A stretch of 64,000 nt of DNA from Raillietiella orientalis. Taxonomy: Eukaryota. Below the pieces are notes generated by a model. It did no database searches, was not told the DNA's origin, and saw only the letters and a list, made by a program, of their open reading frames with translations. The position numbers and the translations under genes are program-made. Positions 1 to 12,984 of this stretch are shown here, piece after piece. The stretch covers positions 4,650,001 through 4,714,000 of the forward strand of contig JAYWIR010000008.1 in NCBI GenBank assembly GCA_036172245.1, written 5' to 3'. Numbering within the stretch: the stretch's first letter is position 1; each line of letters starts with the position of its first letter.

Positions 1-544
1 TTCCCCAATCCATTTCCTTTCGCCTCCACCCCTTCCTCTTCCTTTTTGGGCGCGGCACTTGTTTTCATCCTAAACAAAATCTCCAGCCGCGTTCAATGTT
101 GGCCAGAGAAATGAGGGGCCTGGGTCGTGGGGCGCCAGGAGCAATCCGGAGGATGTACGGTGTTCAAGGGACCGGGAAGACACGCCGCTGACCCCCGATT
201 TCGGGGAAAGGTCACTGCCCGACGTGCATTTGCCCCCTTCTCCTCGCCCTGACCGGCGTCGTCCCTGATGCTGGGTGCAGCAGCCCGGAGAGCGAGAATC
301 CCGCGGCCTCTTTGCTCCCGCACGAAGGCTCCCGCAGGGTGCGCAACTTGGCAGCTGAGATCTCTTGGAGATCCTGCCCTCTTGCGCCCAAGGTCGAAGG
401 TCTCCATCCCGCGGGGCGGGTTCCAACGCTACCAGAACGTTGTCTCGCCCTTCCCGAAGGGTCCGTCCCGTAGCAAGAGTCCCTCGACACGGCAGAGGTC
501 GACTTGCCCCGCATCTGTGCCTTCCAGAGGGAAAAGTCAGGTTG

Positions 545-1198
545 CCCGCATCAGCGGCCGCAGCCTCCGCGCGCGGAAGCACCAGGAGTCGTGGGTTCGA
601 ACCCTGCCCGGGGGAACTATCGACGCCGAGATCGGAATGTGTGTCGTGGGTCTTTCGCGTCCCCCCCCCCTAGTAGGATGACGCTGGTCAGCCTGTTTGG
701 ATGCGGGCACTGGTGGAAGACGGCTGCTTCCGTCGACTGGCCGAGATTGAAAGTCGATCCTCCGGGATCCCTCATTCCAGGAATCTAGGAGCCCTTCGGA
801 GTTCCCCTTCGATTGTAAAAATGGAGCCGTGCCATGGAGCTGGTTGATGTCTCTCCCGGGGGTTGCCTCTCCGGAGTGCCAAGAAGAAGAAGAGCTCTGT
901 TCCCTTCAGGGAGCGCCCTTCACAGAAATGGGGAAGCGTCCCTTCGGAGTTATCTTCTGAGGAGGAGGAAACAGAGAGCGCAACGCATCCTTTCCGGGGA
1001 GTCCCTCTGGAGAAGCGACAAGGAGTTGCTCTTCCTTCGGGGGGTCCTTCCGGAGAGAATAAGGAAGAGGTGGTTCCCTTCAGGGTTCCCTCCCAAGCGT
1101 GAGAGAGGAACGGTCTCCTTCCTCCGGAGCCCATCCCGGATTCATAGGGAGGTCCCTCCGGGGTTGCCCCCTCTAACTTCGAGAGTCACTACACACAC
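545..1198 (+). mobile_element. tRNA-derived SINE family, near full-length copy
   Basis: B-box GGTTCGAACC at ~594-603. Shares body motifs (GTGCCATGGAGCTGGTTGAT, CCCTTCGG repeats, GGATTCATAGGG) and an ...ACTACACAC 3' end with other copies in the window. Boundaries approximate. Confidence 0.7.
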
Positions 1199-3559
1199 CT
1201 TCGGGTGGCGGCGTGGACAGCGTCAAAAAGCTTCGTGAGCCCCCCTATACGTGGGTGAACCAGTTGTTCAGCACTTGGTTTCCCCAATCAAGGCAGAACC
1301 TCGCCGGGTGCTCAGAGCGACCCCGGCCCAGGCAGAGCAACGCGCCGCGGCGTGAACTCCGTCCCATTCCGGGAGACACGCGCGTCCACCGTCGTGCGAC
1401 TTTGCCTTTCAGAAAGAGAAAGAGGGGGGGAGCAAACATCGAATGCCCGCGATGCCCCCCACGCGAGCTCCCGCCAACCCATCGGCCTGACGACACGGGA
1501 AGGAGTCCTTTGCCAGCATCTGCAACAATCGGCCGAGTCCAAACTCCCGCAAGGAAGACCGTACGTGCGGAAGGGGGGACTTGAAGGAAAAAAAAAAACA
1601 AGAAATAAAGGGGAGGGGGCAGGAAAGGGAAGGAGTCCAGGGAAGAAGACAGGAGGAATGCGGAGGAGCACACTGGCAGCCAGGAATCCTCCGGGTGAGG
1701 TGCCAAACACTGGAGCGGTAGGCACGGAGCGAGCGAGGCCAAACCGGGAAGGGGAGGGAGTCGCGAAGCCGCCGGTTCAGCTCCCGGTCTTCCGGGAAGG
1801 GCGCATCCCGTCGGTCGCGCCGTCGCCTTCGTCCGTCCTTCGTAGCACCCCGGACCCACGAAGAAGGGAGGTGCCGCCTCCGCTCGTGTTCCCCCGCCCC
1901 CCCAGAGTTTGCAGTCCCGGCTTCCCTCGGGACGCCCTCTGCCTCTGGCGCAGCTGGTCGAGGGCCGGAAAGTCTGCCCCGCGACGGCCTGCTGCGAACC
2001 GGAGGCGAAGGCGGGGACAGCGCCTCTCGCTGGGTCCAGGGGAACTTCGCGATTGGGAAGGCACGGGAAGCGACTCCTCCAGAATGAAGGGGCGCGGCAC
2101 CGGGGACGCCCGCGCCCTCGGAGGCGGAGAGGAAATCCGACCATCCTCCAGAGAAGGCGCCATCGGTCCTCAGCTGGAAGCGTCCGTCGGCAGGCATTCC
2201 ACCCCCTTTTTCCCGAAGAAGCCTTTCCAGTAAGTCACGAAGGCTTCGCGCGACCTGGGCACACTTTTTGCCCCTCGGTCGCTGCGGGCCTTCGAAAAGG
2301 AAAGGCGGCGAGTGACCCTACCGCCATCGCTAGCGCGGAAGGCCCTCCGGTCGGGAGCCGGCTGACGGCACCACGTGCCACACGTGACCACACGCGACCC
2401 ACCTGGAGTTCCCTCTTCCCCAAGGTCCTCCTCGACCTCTGCTTTGCCAGGATCCACTCCAGATGCTGAGAACGGGAGTAGCCGAGGATCGCAGCCGCCA
2501 CTCAAGCGAGCTCCGATCGCCAGAGATTAGTCAGCAGCCGAGGGGCCATGAGCGATACGCTCGTGGAGTGGGCAAAGTGCGTGGCGAGAAGAGAAGGAGG
2601 AGGGAGGGGGGGATTGACAGCACCCTGGCGACATCGCGTCTCCCTGAGAGGAGACCGTGGCCAAGGAGCGCATATGACGTTGGTCCTTCGTTTCCAAGGC
2701 TTTCCTCCACCGGATGGGGGGTGGCAGGTCACAGGTTGTGACTTCGCTTCTCTCTCTCACTCTCTCTCCCCTCCCCGATCTCGTAGACGGCCTGCGACTG
2801 CACCCATCGGTCGCATCCTGGACGGGAAACCTGCCACTGCGCATGCGCCTACACCTCCCGAGGGAGAGAACGACGCTCTCAGGAGCGCCGCGGCCCGTAG
2901 CCGCGGTGCGTATCGCCGCCTACCGGCGAGCAAGCGAACCGCTCGCGCGTGAGGCGGCTGCGGCGGAGTCGCGCTGCCACCTGCAGGCGGGAAGGCGGAG
3001 GAGGAACGCGTGCAGGAAGACGCTTCCCGTTGGGGAGCGGAGGAGAGGAGATCCTTCGTGCCTGTCGAGGGAACGAGTCGGGACGCGCGCGGAGGTGGCT
3101 CCGTGCGCCGATTGATGGCGGAGCCCGCGAAATCCTGCTCACGTCTTTGTCCGCTCTGCACGTCCACCCCGGGAAAGGGCTCTCGGCAAGCAGCTGCCAG
3201 CACAGCCCCATCTCCAGGAGCCGCGTCGCACCAGCTCTGCGCAGGAGATGCATCTCGCCACGCCGCGGCGACTTCGTATCTTTGGAGAGGCGCCTTGGAA
3301 TGCAGCGCACGTCCACAGGCAACAGAGAAACGGTCCTTTTGGGCTTGTCCTTTGGAAAGAGCCGATCCCCTCTCAATGGAGGGGGATAATTGGCTCCACT
3401 AGCGCGTGTCCTCCATTCGCGTCTTTTCTTAGGATGGTGTCGTCCGGGAGGCCCTTCCTAGACTCGGGCAGGTCGGCCAGCGGGCAGCGCGTAGGGACGG
3501 CCGACGCTTCTTCTTATTTCAGTTGCACACGTACAGTTTCCTTGGCAACCCCTTCTTCG

Positions 3560-4100
3560 GCTCTTTCCGTCTTCGAGGACCTGGAGGTCTTCCTGCCTTT
3601 ATCCGTGCCTCGCTTTCTCCCTCTAGCGCAGCCGCCGGAGCGCCGACCCGCGCGGACTCGCCTCATGGATCGAAGGCACCCCTGGAGGCGGAAGAGGGAA
3701 CTCGCTCGGAACCGGAAGTGCTGCAACTCTTGTACGCAGAGCACCGTTGCCGGCGTCTTCCTCGGACGCCTGGCACGCTCCGCTGGCAATTCCTCCTCCA
3801 GGTAAGATGGGTCGAACTCCGCCCTGGAAGGTTGGCGCTTCGAAAACGAAGAGGGGATGAGGGGCGTCGGATGTGCTCCCCCTCACAGGGCTGACGAGCA
3901 CAGAAGGCCGCTCCATCCCTCGGGAGCGCGTGGTCCTTCCCTCTTTGACGCTGATCCCTGAAGAGTCTCCTCCGCTCCTTCCGGGACCTGCCCTCCGGGT
4001 CCCCGAAGAAATCCAGGAACAAGTCATCCCAGGTCACGGTTCCTCCCGAAAAAGCCAGGAGCACCCTTTCCGCAGTACTGAGAGGGCATCTCCCCCGGCA
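3560..4100 (-). pseudogene. Possible decayed retrotransposon gag fragment
   Basis: Minus-strand peptide VTWDDLFLDFFGDPEGRSRKERRRLFRDQRQ resembles the retrotransposon-gag W..L...F...Q pattern. Frameshifted; no pol seen. Confidence 0.3.
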
Positions 4101-4659
4101 CGCCCGGTTCCGCGGTTTCGAAGCGGCCGTTGGGGCGTCACCGCCGGTCTCCCCGCCTGGACCAGAGGTCGCCCTATCGGAGAGAGCCGGTTCGCAACTG
4201 TTGCCGCGGTAACGGCGGGTCATGAGGAGACCTCCGGCGGAAGCGTCCGAACCGAAGCTCCCCGCGGGCCGGGCGAGCAGCGGAAAGCCGCGGACTCCCG
4301 GGGGACCGAGGACGACTAGCCTGGGAGGCGTCTACCTGCCGGCAGCCCACAGAGCGCGCCTCTACCCCCCCCCCTTCCCGTTCGCGTGCAGAGGGCACTC
4401 GCGAAGGATGGAGGGGAAGTCGGGGTGTGGCGGCTGCGTGCCTCTCGGGCGTCGCGTGGCAAGAACCCGGAGCGTGACCTGCTGTCCCGCCTCATCTGCA
4501 GGGAGTCTCCCCTTCCCCTCCCTCCCTTTCGCGAAAGACCGGTGGCGACTGACTCCTGCAGGGAAGGTCTGCTAAGCACCGAAGAACCGTCCGCCTCCCC
4601 AGGGAAGAGGAGGGGGGACTCGCAAGGCTCCTTGACGCTGCCCACGCCGCCTCAGGGTG

Positions 4660-5330
4660 CGCGTGACTCTTCAACTCATAAGGGGCAAGCCCGTAGGGAC
4701 TACCCCATGAATCTAGGAAGACCCCAAGGATGGATCCAAAGAGGCTTCGGAGGAAGGACTCCGTTCCTCTTAGTCTTGGCAGGGAGTTCCGAAGAGAACC
4801 ACCTCTTCCTCATTGTCTCTGGGAAGACCCCAGAAGGAGCCTCTCCATTCTTTCTTCTCCTGAGAGCTCTGGATAGGATCCGCTCCTTGCTTCCTCCTCC
4901 TCCGAAGAGAGCATCAAAGGATCGTCCCTGAATTTCCCTGAAGGGCTCACCCCGAAGGGAGCAGCGCGTTTTTGACACTCCGGAGAGGCAACTCCCGAGG
5001 GGGGTATCAACCAGTTCCATGGTACACAATGGAGAAGAACCGGCTCCTTGATTCCTGGAAGGATTCCAGGAATCAAGGAGACAGGAATCAATCCAATCCT
5101 GGTCAGTCAACGGGAGAATCCGGGGGTTTCCGGCTTCTCCAGTGCCACATCCGAAGCCAACCGAGGGCAACCAGCGTCATCCTGAGGGGGGGAATCGAAA
5201 CTCACGACGCACCCTCCATTTCTCTGGAGTCGCCCCTTCCCCGGGATGGATTCGAACCCCCGGAATTCGGAGCCAACGCGTGCCCCTTAACGGGGCAGTC
5301 CCACGGAACAAGGCGTGACCACAACCTCCC
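4660..5330 (-). mobile_element. tRNA-derived SINE family copy
   Basis: Reverse complement has GGTTCGAATCC B-box, GTACCATGGAACTGGTTGATACCCCCCTCGG core and GATTCATGGGG 3' block, colinear with 545-1198. Confidence 0.75.
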
Positions 5331-5814
5331 GCGAGGCCTCGTGTGCTCCCCCTCCTTCCCATCTGGGGAAATCGCGCGGCCGCGGCGTCGCACCTTCAGC
5401 TGACGCCGCCTGCGCACGACTGGTCTCCGGGAGTCCGGGCTACTCCGTGTACCACTCGAGCCACCGGGTTCGAGAAGAGAGGTGCCATCAAACGAGACCT
5501 CACCTGAACCGCTGGGCCCGGCGGTGCCGCGAGCGCAGATGGATGCGGAAGATTTGACCCGTGTCGGCCAGTTCAAACGGGCTTGAGGCCGCCGGTGTTC
5601 GGGGGTGCTTACATGCACCCCACCCTGCTGGGCGGGCGGGCGCATCCGCGAAGGCGCGGGGCTGGCTTGCCCTTGCGCGAGAAGACGGCAGCAGTGCGGG
5701 AACGCCTCACGGGAGCGGGCGTGGCACTGAGCCAGCAAAGCCAGAGGGATCTCCAAGGGAAGAAGGAGGGGGGGGGAGCAGAGTGGCTCCATTACGAAGG
5801 AGGTGAAATGAGGG

Positions 5815-5889
5815 GCTGCTAGGCACGCGATGACCCCTCGACTCAGTGCAGGAGCTGCTAGGCACGCGATGACCCCTCGACTCAGGGCA
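5815..5889 (+). repeat. Tandem duplication of a 39-bp unit (2 copies)
   Basis: gctgctaggcacgcgatgacccctcgactcag starts at both 5815 and 5854. Confidence 0.9.
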
Positions 5890-8086
5890 AAGGCGGCCGC
5901 GGATGCCTCTCGTCCGCCGTTTCCCCCCCCCCCTCCCATTCTCCTTCGGCCACTGTGGGACATCAACGAGCGCAAACCCTTCTGTGCCATTTCTGCTGGA
6001 GGGCGCGAGTGCTTCTTCGAGGGAACCCTTGAAGAAAGCGTACGCTGAGGCGGGATCCCGGAGAGCCTCAACAACCGCGTACCGAACCCCCCCTTCTCCC
6101 CGGAGTGACCTCCGCGAACCTCTGAGGCAGCCGAAACGGATGCTCGAGCGGCGCGCGGTGGTGCCGCCGAGGCTCCTTCCGGTTCTTTCGCGCGGCGGGT
6201 CAAAGGCGAGCGCCACCCAACCCCTAACGCACTCACAGGTGGCCGTCGAGAACGAGGAGGATTTTTCGGAAGTGACCAGGGAGCGATGAATTGTCCCGCT
6301 CCATGGGCAGCCCCCGCCTCCGCCTCCGAGCGATCCCTGAGCGTCCCTGGATGAAGCCGCTCTCCTCCCCCGTTCACGAAGGAAGCAGAGGAGCGCGCGC
6401 TCTTCGATTCCTCCACGAGGCGCTTGCGAGATATCGCAGCGACGGGGCCTCTCCAGAGGAGACGCCCCCCGGTCGATCGACCTTCGCTGTTCTCCCCGTG
6501 CCGTCGAGCTGCTCAAACTATGCCCTCCAGGGAGCCGTGGTCGCCCCCTTTCCCCGGTGCGTGGAACGCCGATGTCACGAGCCGCCGCTCGCTCGTTTCT
6601 GCACAGCTGACGGTGAGGGCTCCGCCGATGCCCGAGGTGTGCCATGCAGAGGGAAACATCTGGCAACACTTGCGGGACGGGCCCTCCTCGGGCTGCAGGC
6701 TGCGCCACGCTTCTAGGGGAGCGAACGATCGCGTCCGAAGGAGCGAGAGGGAGACCCGACGGGTCGCGAACGAGGCTGGAAAAAAAAAAAAAACGCTCTC
6801 GGGCGAACGCGGGCAGGTAGCGCGCAGAGCCGAGGCTCCCCGGGAACGAAAGCACCGGGTTCCCCGAAAAAGGCGCGGCCGGAAAGCAAAACAAAAAGCG
6901 ACCGGGGGAGCGAGCGGGAGACGCCTCTCCCGTTGCACGGCTCCTGATTGGGAACAACAGCGCCCAGATGCCGATCCCTTCGCTTTCTCCGAAGACACCT
7001 GCGCACAAGGAGGGCGCCCCGGTTCCACCGAGCTGGTTCCATTCTTCCTGTGCCGAAGCCGAACCCGCGCGTGGACGGAGCTCCGGGAAAGGAAGCCCCC
7101 GAGGGGGAAAACAAAATTCCTGCCGAGGCGACTGACCAAGCGAATGGAAGGCCACGACGCACATTCCGTCGCGGCACCGGGATATGGGTCGAGGGGCAGA
7201 AAGATTCTCTTCCTCCCCTCCCTCTCCTCCGACACTCGTTCCTGGTGTGGCGGGAGAGGAAACGAACCGAAGCTCGCGGTGGTGGTCCGTCCCCCGGCGA
7301 AGGGAGCTGCAGGCGAAGCTTGGCGATTGCATCCCTCCCTCTCCCCCTCGATGAAAGTACACGAGAGTGACGGAATGCACGGGGAGGATGGACATTCCCG
7401 CCCGTCCCCGTGCGAGCGGCGGCAGGGCGTTCCGGAGGGTCGCGCTGCGAGCGGACTTCGAGAAGAGGCAGGCGCCGGGAGTCCCGGCATGAGACAGGGG
7501 TGGGGGGGGGTGGGGGGGGTAGGAGAAGGAAGCGAGAAGCCGTGACCGTTGGAGCACCTGGGGAAAACGGACGAGATGAGGGGAGTCAGGAACATGAGAT
7601 ACCCCACGCTTCCTCCCTCAAGCATCGACTTGGGAGAAACGGGGCGACGCATTTTCTGAGCGGTTCCCGACGGTTCTCCTTGCATGCAATCCGCCCGCCG
7701 ATAGGCTTTTCGGAAGAGCAGATCACTAATTTTCGGTAGGAAGGGATGAAGGGACCATCTTAGATTCGACGTGCCCGTCACCGCAGCCGAGCATCTCGAC
7801 CCTGCGTCTCTGTTGGGAAAAGATCCGCGCAGGAGATTCCTTGGAGATGCGAGCCCGGCGTGGTTTTCTCCCTACGAGTCGGTTACCCTTCACGGTAACG
7901 ACGAGGATTGGAATTGGGGTGTGCCTACGCACGCACGCAGGCACGCATAGACACACACACACACACACACCACTCTGTTCCTTCCCCCCCATCAACCTTC
8001 ACCAATTTGGACGAATATAACGCGAACTTAGGAAGCCGTCTCGCTCCGATGCGCCCGTGACAGAAGGGAACAGCCAGCGGTTAGCA

Positions 8087-8210
8087 AGGCTCGCGGTCAA
8101 AGCGTCGCCTAAGCAACCTGTGGGTATTGTTGTGTGTGTGTGTGTTTTTCCCCTGCAGACGCGAGGCTCGCGGTCAAAGCGTCGCCTAAGCAACCTGTGG
8201 GTATTGTTGT
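8087..8210 (+). repeat. 47-bp direct repeat pair separated by a (TG)n/pyrimidine spacer
   Basis: aggctcgcggtcaaagcgtcgcctaagcaacctgtgggtattgttgt at 8087-8133 and 8164-8210. Confidence 0.9.
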
Positions 8211-9866
8211 TTTTTCGCGAGCGTTTTTATTAGATACGACGATACGAAACCCGTGTATAATTAATCGGCTTATGTGCGTCGGGAGAAATTCGAGCACCGA
8301 TCAATGATTCATGACTTTATCGATGTGCGATTATGCACAATAATCGCACTTCATCATGGCGCCATTAAATGAAATCAATTACGCGGCTCTCTAAGGCGCC
8401 CGGAGTTCGACGGGGCACGTCTCCTGGAACCCGCGCAAGCGCGAACCACGATGTTCCCGAGACTGTTGCGTCACCTTCGAGGGGATCGTCGAAGAGTGTC
8501 AAGGTAAAAGGATTCTTCTTCTCCCCTCGCTTTGCCCCCCCCCCCTCGCTTTGCCCCCCCCTTTCCCTGCTCTCGGCGAACGCGGCGGCGGCGCTTTCCA
8601 GCCCGGAGGTGGTCGCACGCCTCAGCGATGCGCGAGCCTCCGGTGCACCCGGGTGAGGCACGGTTCCATCAGAGCGAGCGGGCGGCTGGACGGGAACCGG
8701 GATCAAGAGCGGAGGCGGGAGCGAGTACCGCGACTCCACCGCCTCCGCGGCGGATGCTGCCCGGCTGGAAAAAAAAAAGGCGCGCGCAGGTCTCGGGAAA
8801 GAACCCGCCCCCGGAAAGCTGGAAATCGGCCGCGGAGAGACTCCAAACCTCTTCGCTCCCGGCCATCCTCGCGAGCCGTCCCGGCTCGGCCATCGTCGGA
8901 CGCCGTCGGAGCGCCTTGGGACGTCGGATCGTCTCGGCAGATCCGCTAATTTGATTACTTGGATGATTAGTGCGAACGCAGCCTCCCCCGACACGGAGCC
9001 CACGCCCACTCCGTTTAATAATAGTAATGGAGGAAGGGCATCAAACATCCTGTCAGAAGATGCAAAGTGTCCCCGGAAAGAAGAGCAGCGGAACGGGAGG
9101 AAGGCGGCGTGGAGTCCCGCGACGCAATTCCCAGGAGGCACCCGCTGAGTCCGCGCCTCCTGGGATGTTATCTGGAATTTCGAAATGGGAAGATCTCCGG
9201 GAAAAGGCCCGGTGCGGGCCAGGCTGCGTGTTTGCACACCCGCAAATTATTTTTTTTTTCCTGTATCACGAAAGAGCAGGCGGAGCAGCAGGCAAGGATT
9301 CCTTTGCCCGCCGCTCCCCCTGCTTTCCGGGACTCCGAGGAGATGGGAGAAAGCAGGCCGAGCGAGGTCTCCCGCGCGCACATGCGTCGCGCCTTGCCAG
9401 CGCGCTCCCTGCGTGCGGAACGAAAATAAACTCGAGTTCGCCGGGATCGAACGGGAGGAACGCAGGAGGAGCGGACGCCGTTGGGATCTCGGACAGGAGC
9501 CTCGCGTTTTCGTACGCCAGGTTCCCCTTCCTCCTCCTTTTCCCTCAACCCCCCTCCCCTTCCCTTCCGAAATTCTTCCCCGCCGAACCGGGCCAGCCAG
9601 GTGAGAAATAAACGCCCCTGGCGACCTTCCTTTCCCGGCTCCCGGACGGGAGAGCGAAACCCGCCCACCCGCCCCCGCAAGCAAAGACCCCCCCCGTTTA
9701 CCGTTCCGGGGCCGAAAGCTCAGCCTCTTCCGGAGGATTTTCTCGGTCCACGACTGGACTCGTGCACAAGCCATGCCCGCCACTGCCACCGCTGGGACTC
9801 TGACGCGCGAGGCGGCTGACCGCCTATGGATCAAACACACACAACACAACACGGAGCGCTGCTAAC

Positions 9867-9990
9867 CTGCCCTGGTGTGCTGCTCCTCGTCGCGATTGGC
9901 TTCATTGGGTTGCGTGACGTCCGTTCCTTTCGACTGGTTCGAATGCTTCGTGGCGTCCACCACGGTGACCTTGCTCGAGTTGCAGCCCAT
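9867..9990 (-). CDS. First coding exon of an unidentified gene with an N-myristoylation/palmitoylation motif (MGCNSSK...)
   Basis: AAAAAAC-ATG context, then MGCNSSKVTVVDATKHSNQSKGTDVTQPNEANRDEEQHTRA, then donor GCAG|GTTAGC. Short intron to a CATAG acceptor near 9825 and a next donor GTAAAC near 9700. Downstream exons unresolved. Confidence 0.55.
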
Positions 9991-10978
9991 GTTTTTTTTT
10001 GTTTTTTTTTTTGTTTTGCCCTTTTTCTTCTTACTGGAGGCACTCGCGAGCGCTCCTCGGCGAGCCCTGGGCTTTTCCGAAGCGGGGGTGGGCGGGTAGG
10101 GTGGGGTGGGGGATGGGAGGGTGGGTAGGTGGAGATGCGCGTGACCTTTCCGAAGATGAACTCAAATCAGGACGCACTGCAAACACGTAGGGTGCTGCTG
10201 CTGCACACTTCCTGCCGCACTGTCATACCCGATGAACATATGCTCCAGCGGGGGATGTGTGTGTGTGTGTGTGTTCCGCGTGCACTCACCGCACGGAGAT
10301 TTCCTCTTTTTTCCCCTCTATTTTCTCTTTCTCCCTCTCTCCTCTCCTGCTTGGTTCTTCTCTCTCGCTCTCTCTCGCGCGCGCGCGCGCTTTTCCCTCG
10401 GAGGTTCGAAATATCGCAGCTGACAGCTCGGCGGCTCCGTCGATCCGAACTTTCTCAGAGCGAAAGATAAGGGGAGGATTCAGGCAAGGGAGATGCTCGA
10501 CCCGGTGGGGTTGCGCACCGAACGGGAAGGCTCGACCACACTGTCTTCTGGGGGGAAGGGGTCTCTGGCTAGCACGACGGTTCCACAAGCTGGGCAGACG
10601 GACGACCTTTCTCCTCTCCCTCCCTCTCCTCTCTTGCTCCCCCTTTTATCGAAGCTCGCGAGGTTCCCCCCCTCCCCTCCCCGAGACTATTAGGCACCAC
10701 AGCTCATTTCCCGGATTCCATCTGGGCGTGTGTCGCCACGACGAATGGCTTCCGCACGTGGGCGGGGATCTCACGACCCGAAGCAGAGTCGGCGGCGCCT
10801 CACGAAAACGGAAACGCACCGGACGCGATTTGCCCCTCAGCGCGTCCAAGAGTGCGGCTCCTGTCGAAGTCGCCGCTCCACGCGTCGGAAGAGGATCGCC
10901 GCAAACGACAGCAAGAAACAGCAAGCAAGAAACGGCAACAGAAGAAGAGAAAGAAAAGAAGGAAACAGGACATGATAA

Positions 10979-11613
10979 TGTGTAATCCTTTAAGATAACG
11001 GGTACCCCAGGAGTGAACCACCCTATGAATCCAGTAAGGGCTCGGGGGAAGGAAGTCCGTCCTATCTCGCCTGGGGAGGGATTCCCAAAAGGAACCTCCA
11101 CCAGGGAAGGGAACACCAAAGGGAATCTCCTTCCTTGTTCTCTCTGGAGGAGGCCTGCTCCATTTTTCTTCTCCGAAGGGAACCCGGAAAGGATCCGCTA
11201 TTAGGACTTTCTTCTCCAGAGAGAACCTGCAAGGGAACCGCTTCTGTTTACTCCTCTGAAGAGAACCCCGAAAGGACGCTTCCGAATTTGCTCAGGACTC
11301 TCCCCGAAGGGCACAGCACGCTCTGCACTCTGGGGAGGTACCACACCTACTCCAGATCTATCTACTCCTTGATTCTGTTTCCTGGAAGGACCAGGAGAGT
11401 CGACTCCCAATCCCGGCCACTCGTCGGGGCATCCTGTTTTAACCGCTACTGGTGCTGCACCCGAATGCAGACCAAAAACAGAGTTATGTTGCAGGAGGAA
11501 CTCGAACTCATGACGCACCCCCATCTCTCGGTGTCGATTCTTACGGAATATCCGAACCTGCGACGCTTGGTACTACGCGCGGAAATCGTATCCACGTGGC
11601 CTCCGACGCGGGC
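10979..11613 (-). mobile_element. tRNA-derived SINE family copy
   Basis: Head GCCCGCGTCGGAGGCC...GCGTCGCAGGTTCGGATAT; 3' end GGATTCATAGGG...GGATTACACA. The 5' half is closely similar to 18362-18590 in opposite orientation. Confidence 0.75.
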
Positions 11614-11619
11614 AAAAAA

Positions 11620-12810
11620 AGGAGAAGCCTTCGTATAGCACCTGATGCGTTCTTTCTGGGCAGGGCGCCTTCCTTTTCTCTTTCTGCAGATAGCGCAGCA
11701 ACAGCCGCGACGACGCAAAGTCGCACCTCGCAGCCGTTGTCGTCGGGTGATCCCGGAACAAACATCCCGCTCTCTGCAGTGCGAAATCCAGGAGCAATGC
11801 AGAGCCCACTTCGTCCCCTCCCTTTGGATCGTCATGTGCTGCATCGATCTGGTGCGTCGACGGGATAGAACTCACCGCTGCTGGACGCGGCCGGACAGCG
11901 CGCAGAGCCTGCACACGCGAGGGAGAGTGCACGTCGCCCCTTCCTGGATCCTCAGAACGCGCTTAGGGACGGCTGACTGGCAGCCGAGCGCGCCCGAGGC
12001 GTTCGCGGGAAGGCAGGGTAGAAGTTCCAGAACACCTGAAAAGCAGGATGAAGAGCACGACACGATAGAGGCAGTTCGGTTGACCGGGCAACCGGACGCC
12101 TCTCCGATGTCTTTGCCAAAAGGAAGAGGGGAGTGCGGAAATTCAGTTCGAAAAAAAAACACAAAACAAAAACGCATGGATGCCGACAGAGTTCATGGAG
12201 CCGCCATGGAGGTGTGGTTTGATCTGTGGACAATGCTTTGCCTAACCAAGGAAGTGGGCAAGCTAGGAGGTAAGAAAGCGCAGGCTACCGTACTACCGTA
12301 GCACTGTCAGGAGACCCGAAGATCAAATCGCTTCCTTCCAGGAGGGTATGGTGCTGAGAGATCATGCCAAGGGTTCATGTGCTTCCCCTTTTGCGGATGA
12401 GCACATCCGCGCTCCCCTTGAGCAGGACGTGCGTGATGCTGTTTCCGCAACCCGGCCTCCAGTGCAACCAGAGTAGGGACCTCGTTCCAGGAGTGGTTGC
12501 GACCGCACACCGTTCAAGGTGCGTGGCGGCTGCATCGTTCCCGCACCTACGGCCGGACTGCACTGTCCTCCAGGAGCTGTCGCGGCGGCTGGAGTCGGCA
12601 CTTCCTCATCCCGACCACACTTCCAAGGACTGCGCTGCGGCGATTCCTCGAGAGAGGTGGGCAGTCGCGACACACTCCAGCCGGGACAGCGGCGGCATGC
12701 TCTCCATCCGCGCCATCGTCACGGCACGCACGCCACCCGCTGGAGTTTCGGGCGCTGCGAAGGGAGGCCATCCGCACGGAAACCGCGAGGACGGCTGCGA
12801 GGTGGCCTCA
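11620..12810 (+). pseudogene. 3' remnant of an L1/Tx1-like LINE ORF2
   Basis: Peptide ASFPHLRPDCTVLQELSRRLE matches the ETFxHLLxDC zinc-knuckle region of the LINE copies at ~19200 and ~44800. Confidence 0.5.
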
Positions 12811-12814
12811 CCTG

Positions 12815-12907
12815 GAAGAAGAAGAAGAAGAAGAAGAAGAAGAAGAAGAAGAAGAAGAAGAAGAAGAAGAAGAAGAAGAAGAAGAAGAAGAAGAAGAAGA
12901 AGAAGAA
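12815..12907 (+). repeat. (GAA)31 microsatellite
   Basis: Uninterrupted 93-bp GAA run, mirrored as (TTC)n at 27553-27645. Confidence 0.95.
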
Positions 12908-12984
12908 GGCAGGTCGGCGATCGCCGTCATCCTGCGCCGGCTCCGGGACGAAGGAGCTGCCGAAGCCAACCGTCACGGCGCGCG

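Noticed and set aside
545..615. Possible tRNA gene (GGTTCGAACC); similar motifs at ~18398 and ~56980
   Set aside because: No complete cloverleaf; each continues into the shared SINE body.
8087..8210. CRISPR-like repeat-spacer pattern
   Set aside because: Only two repeats, a low-complexity spacer, eukaryotic context and no cas genes.
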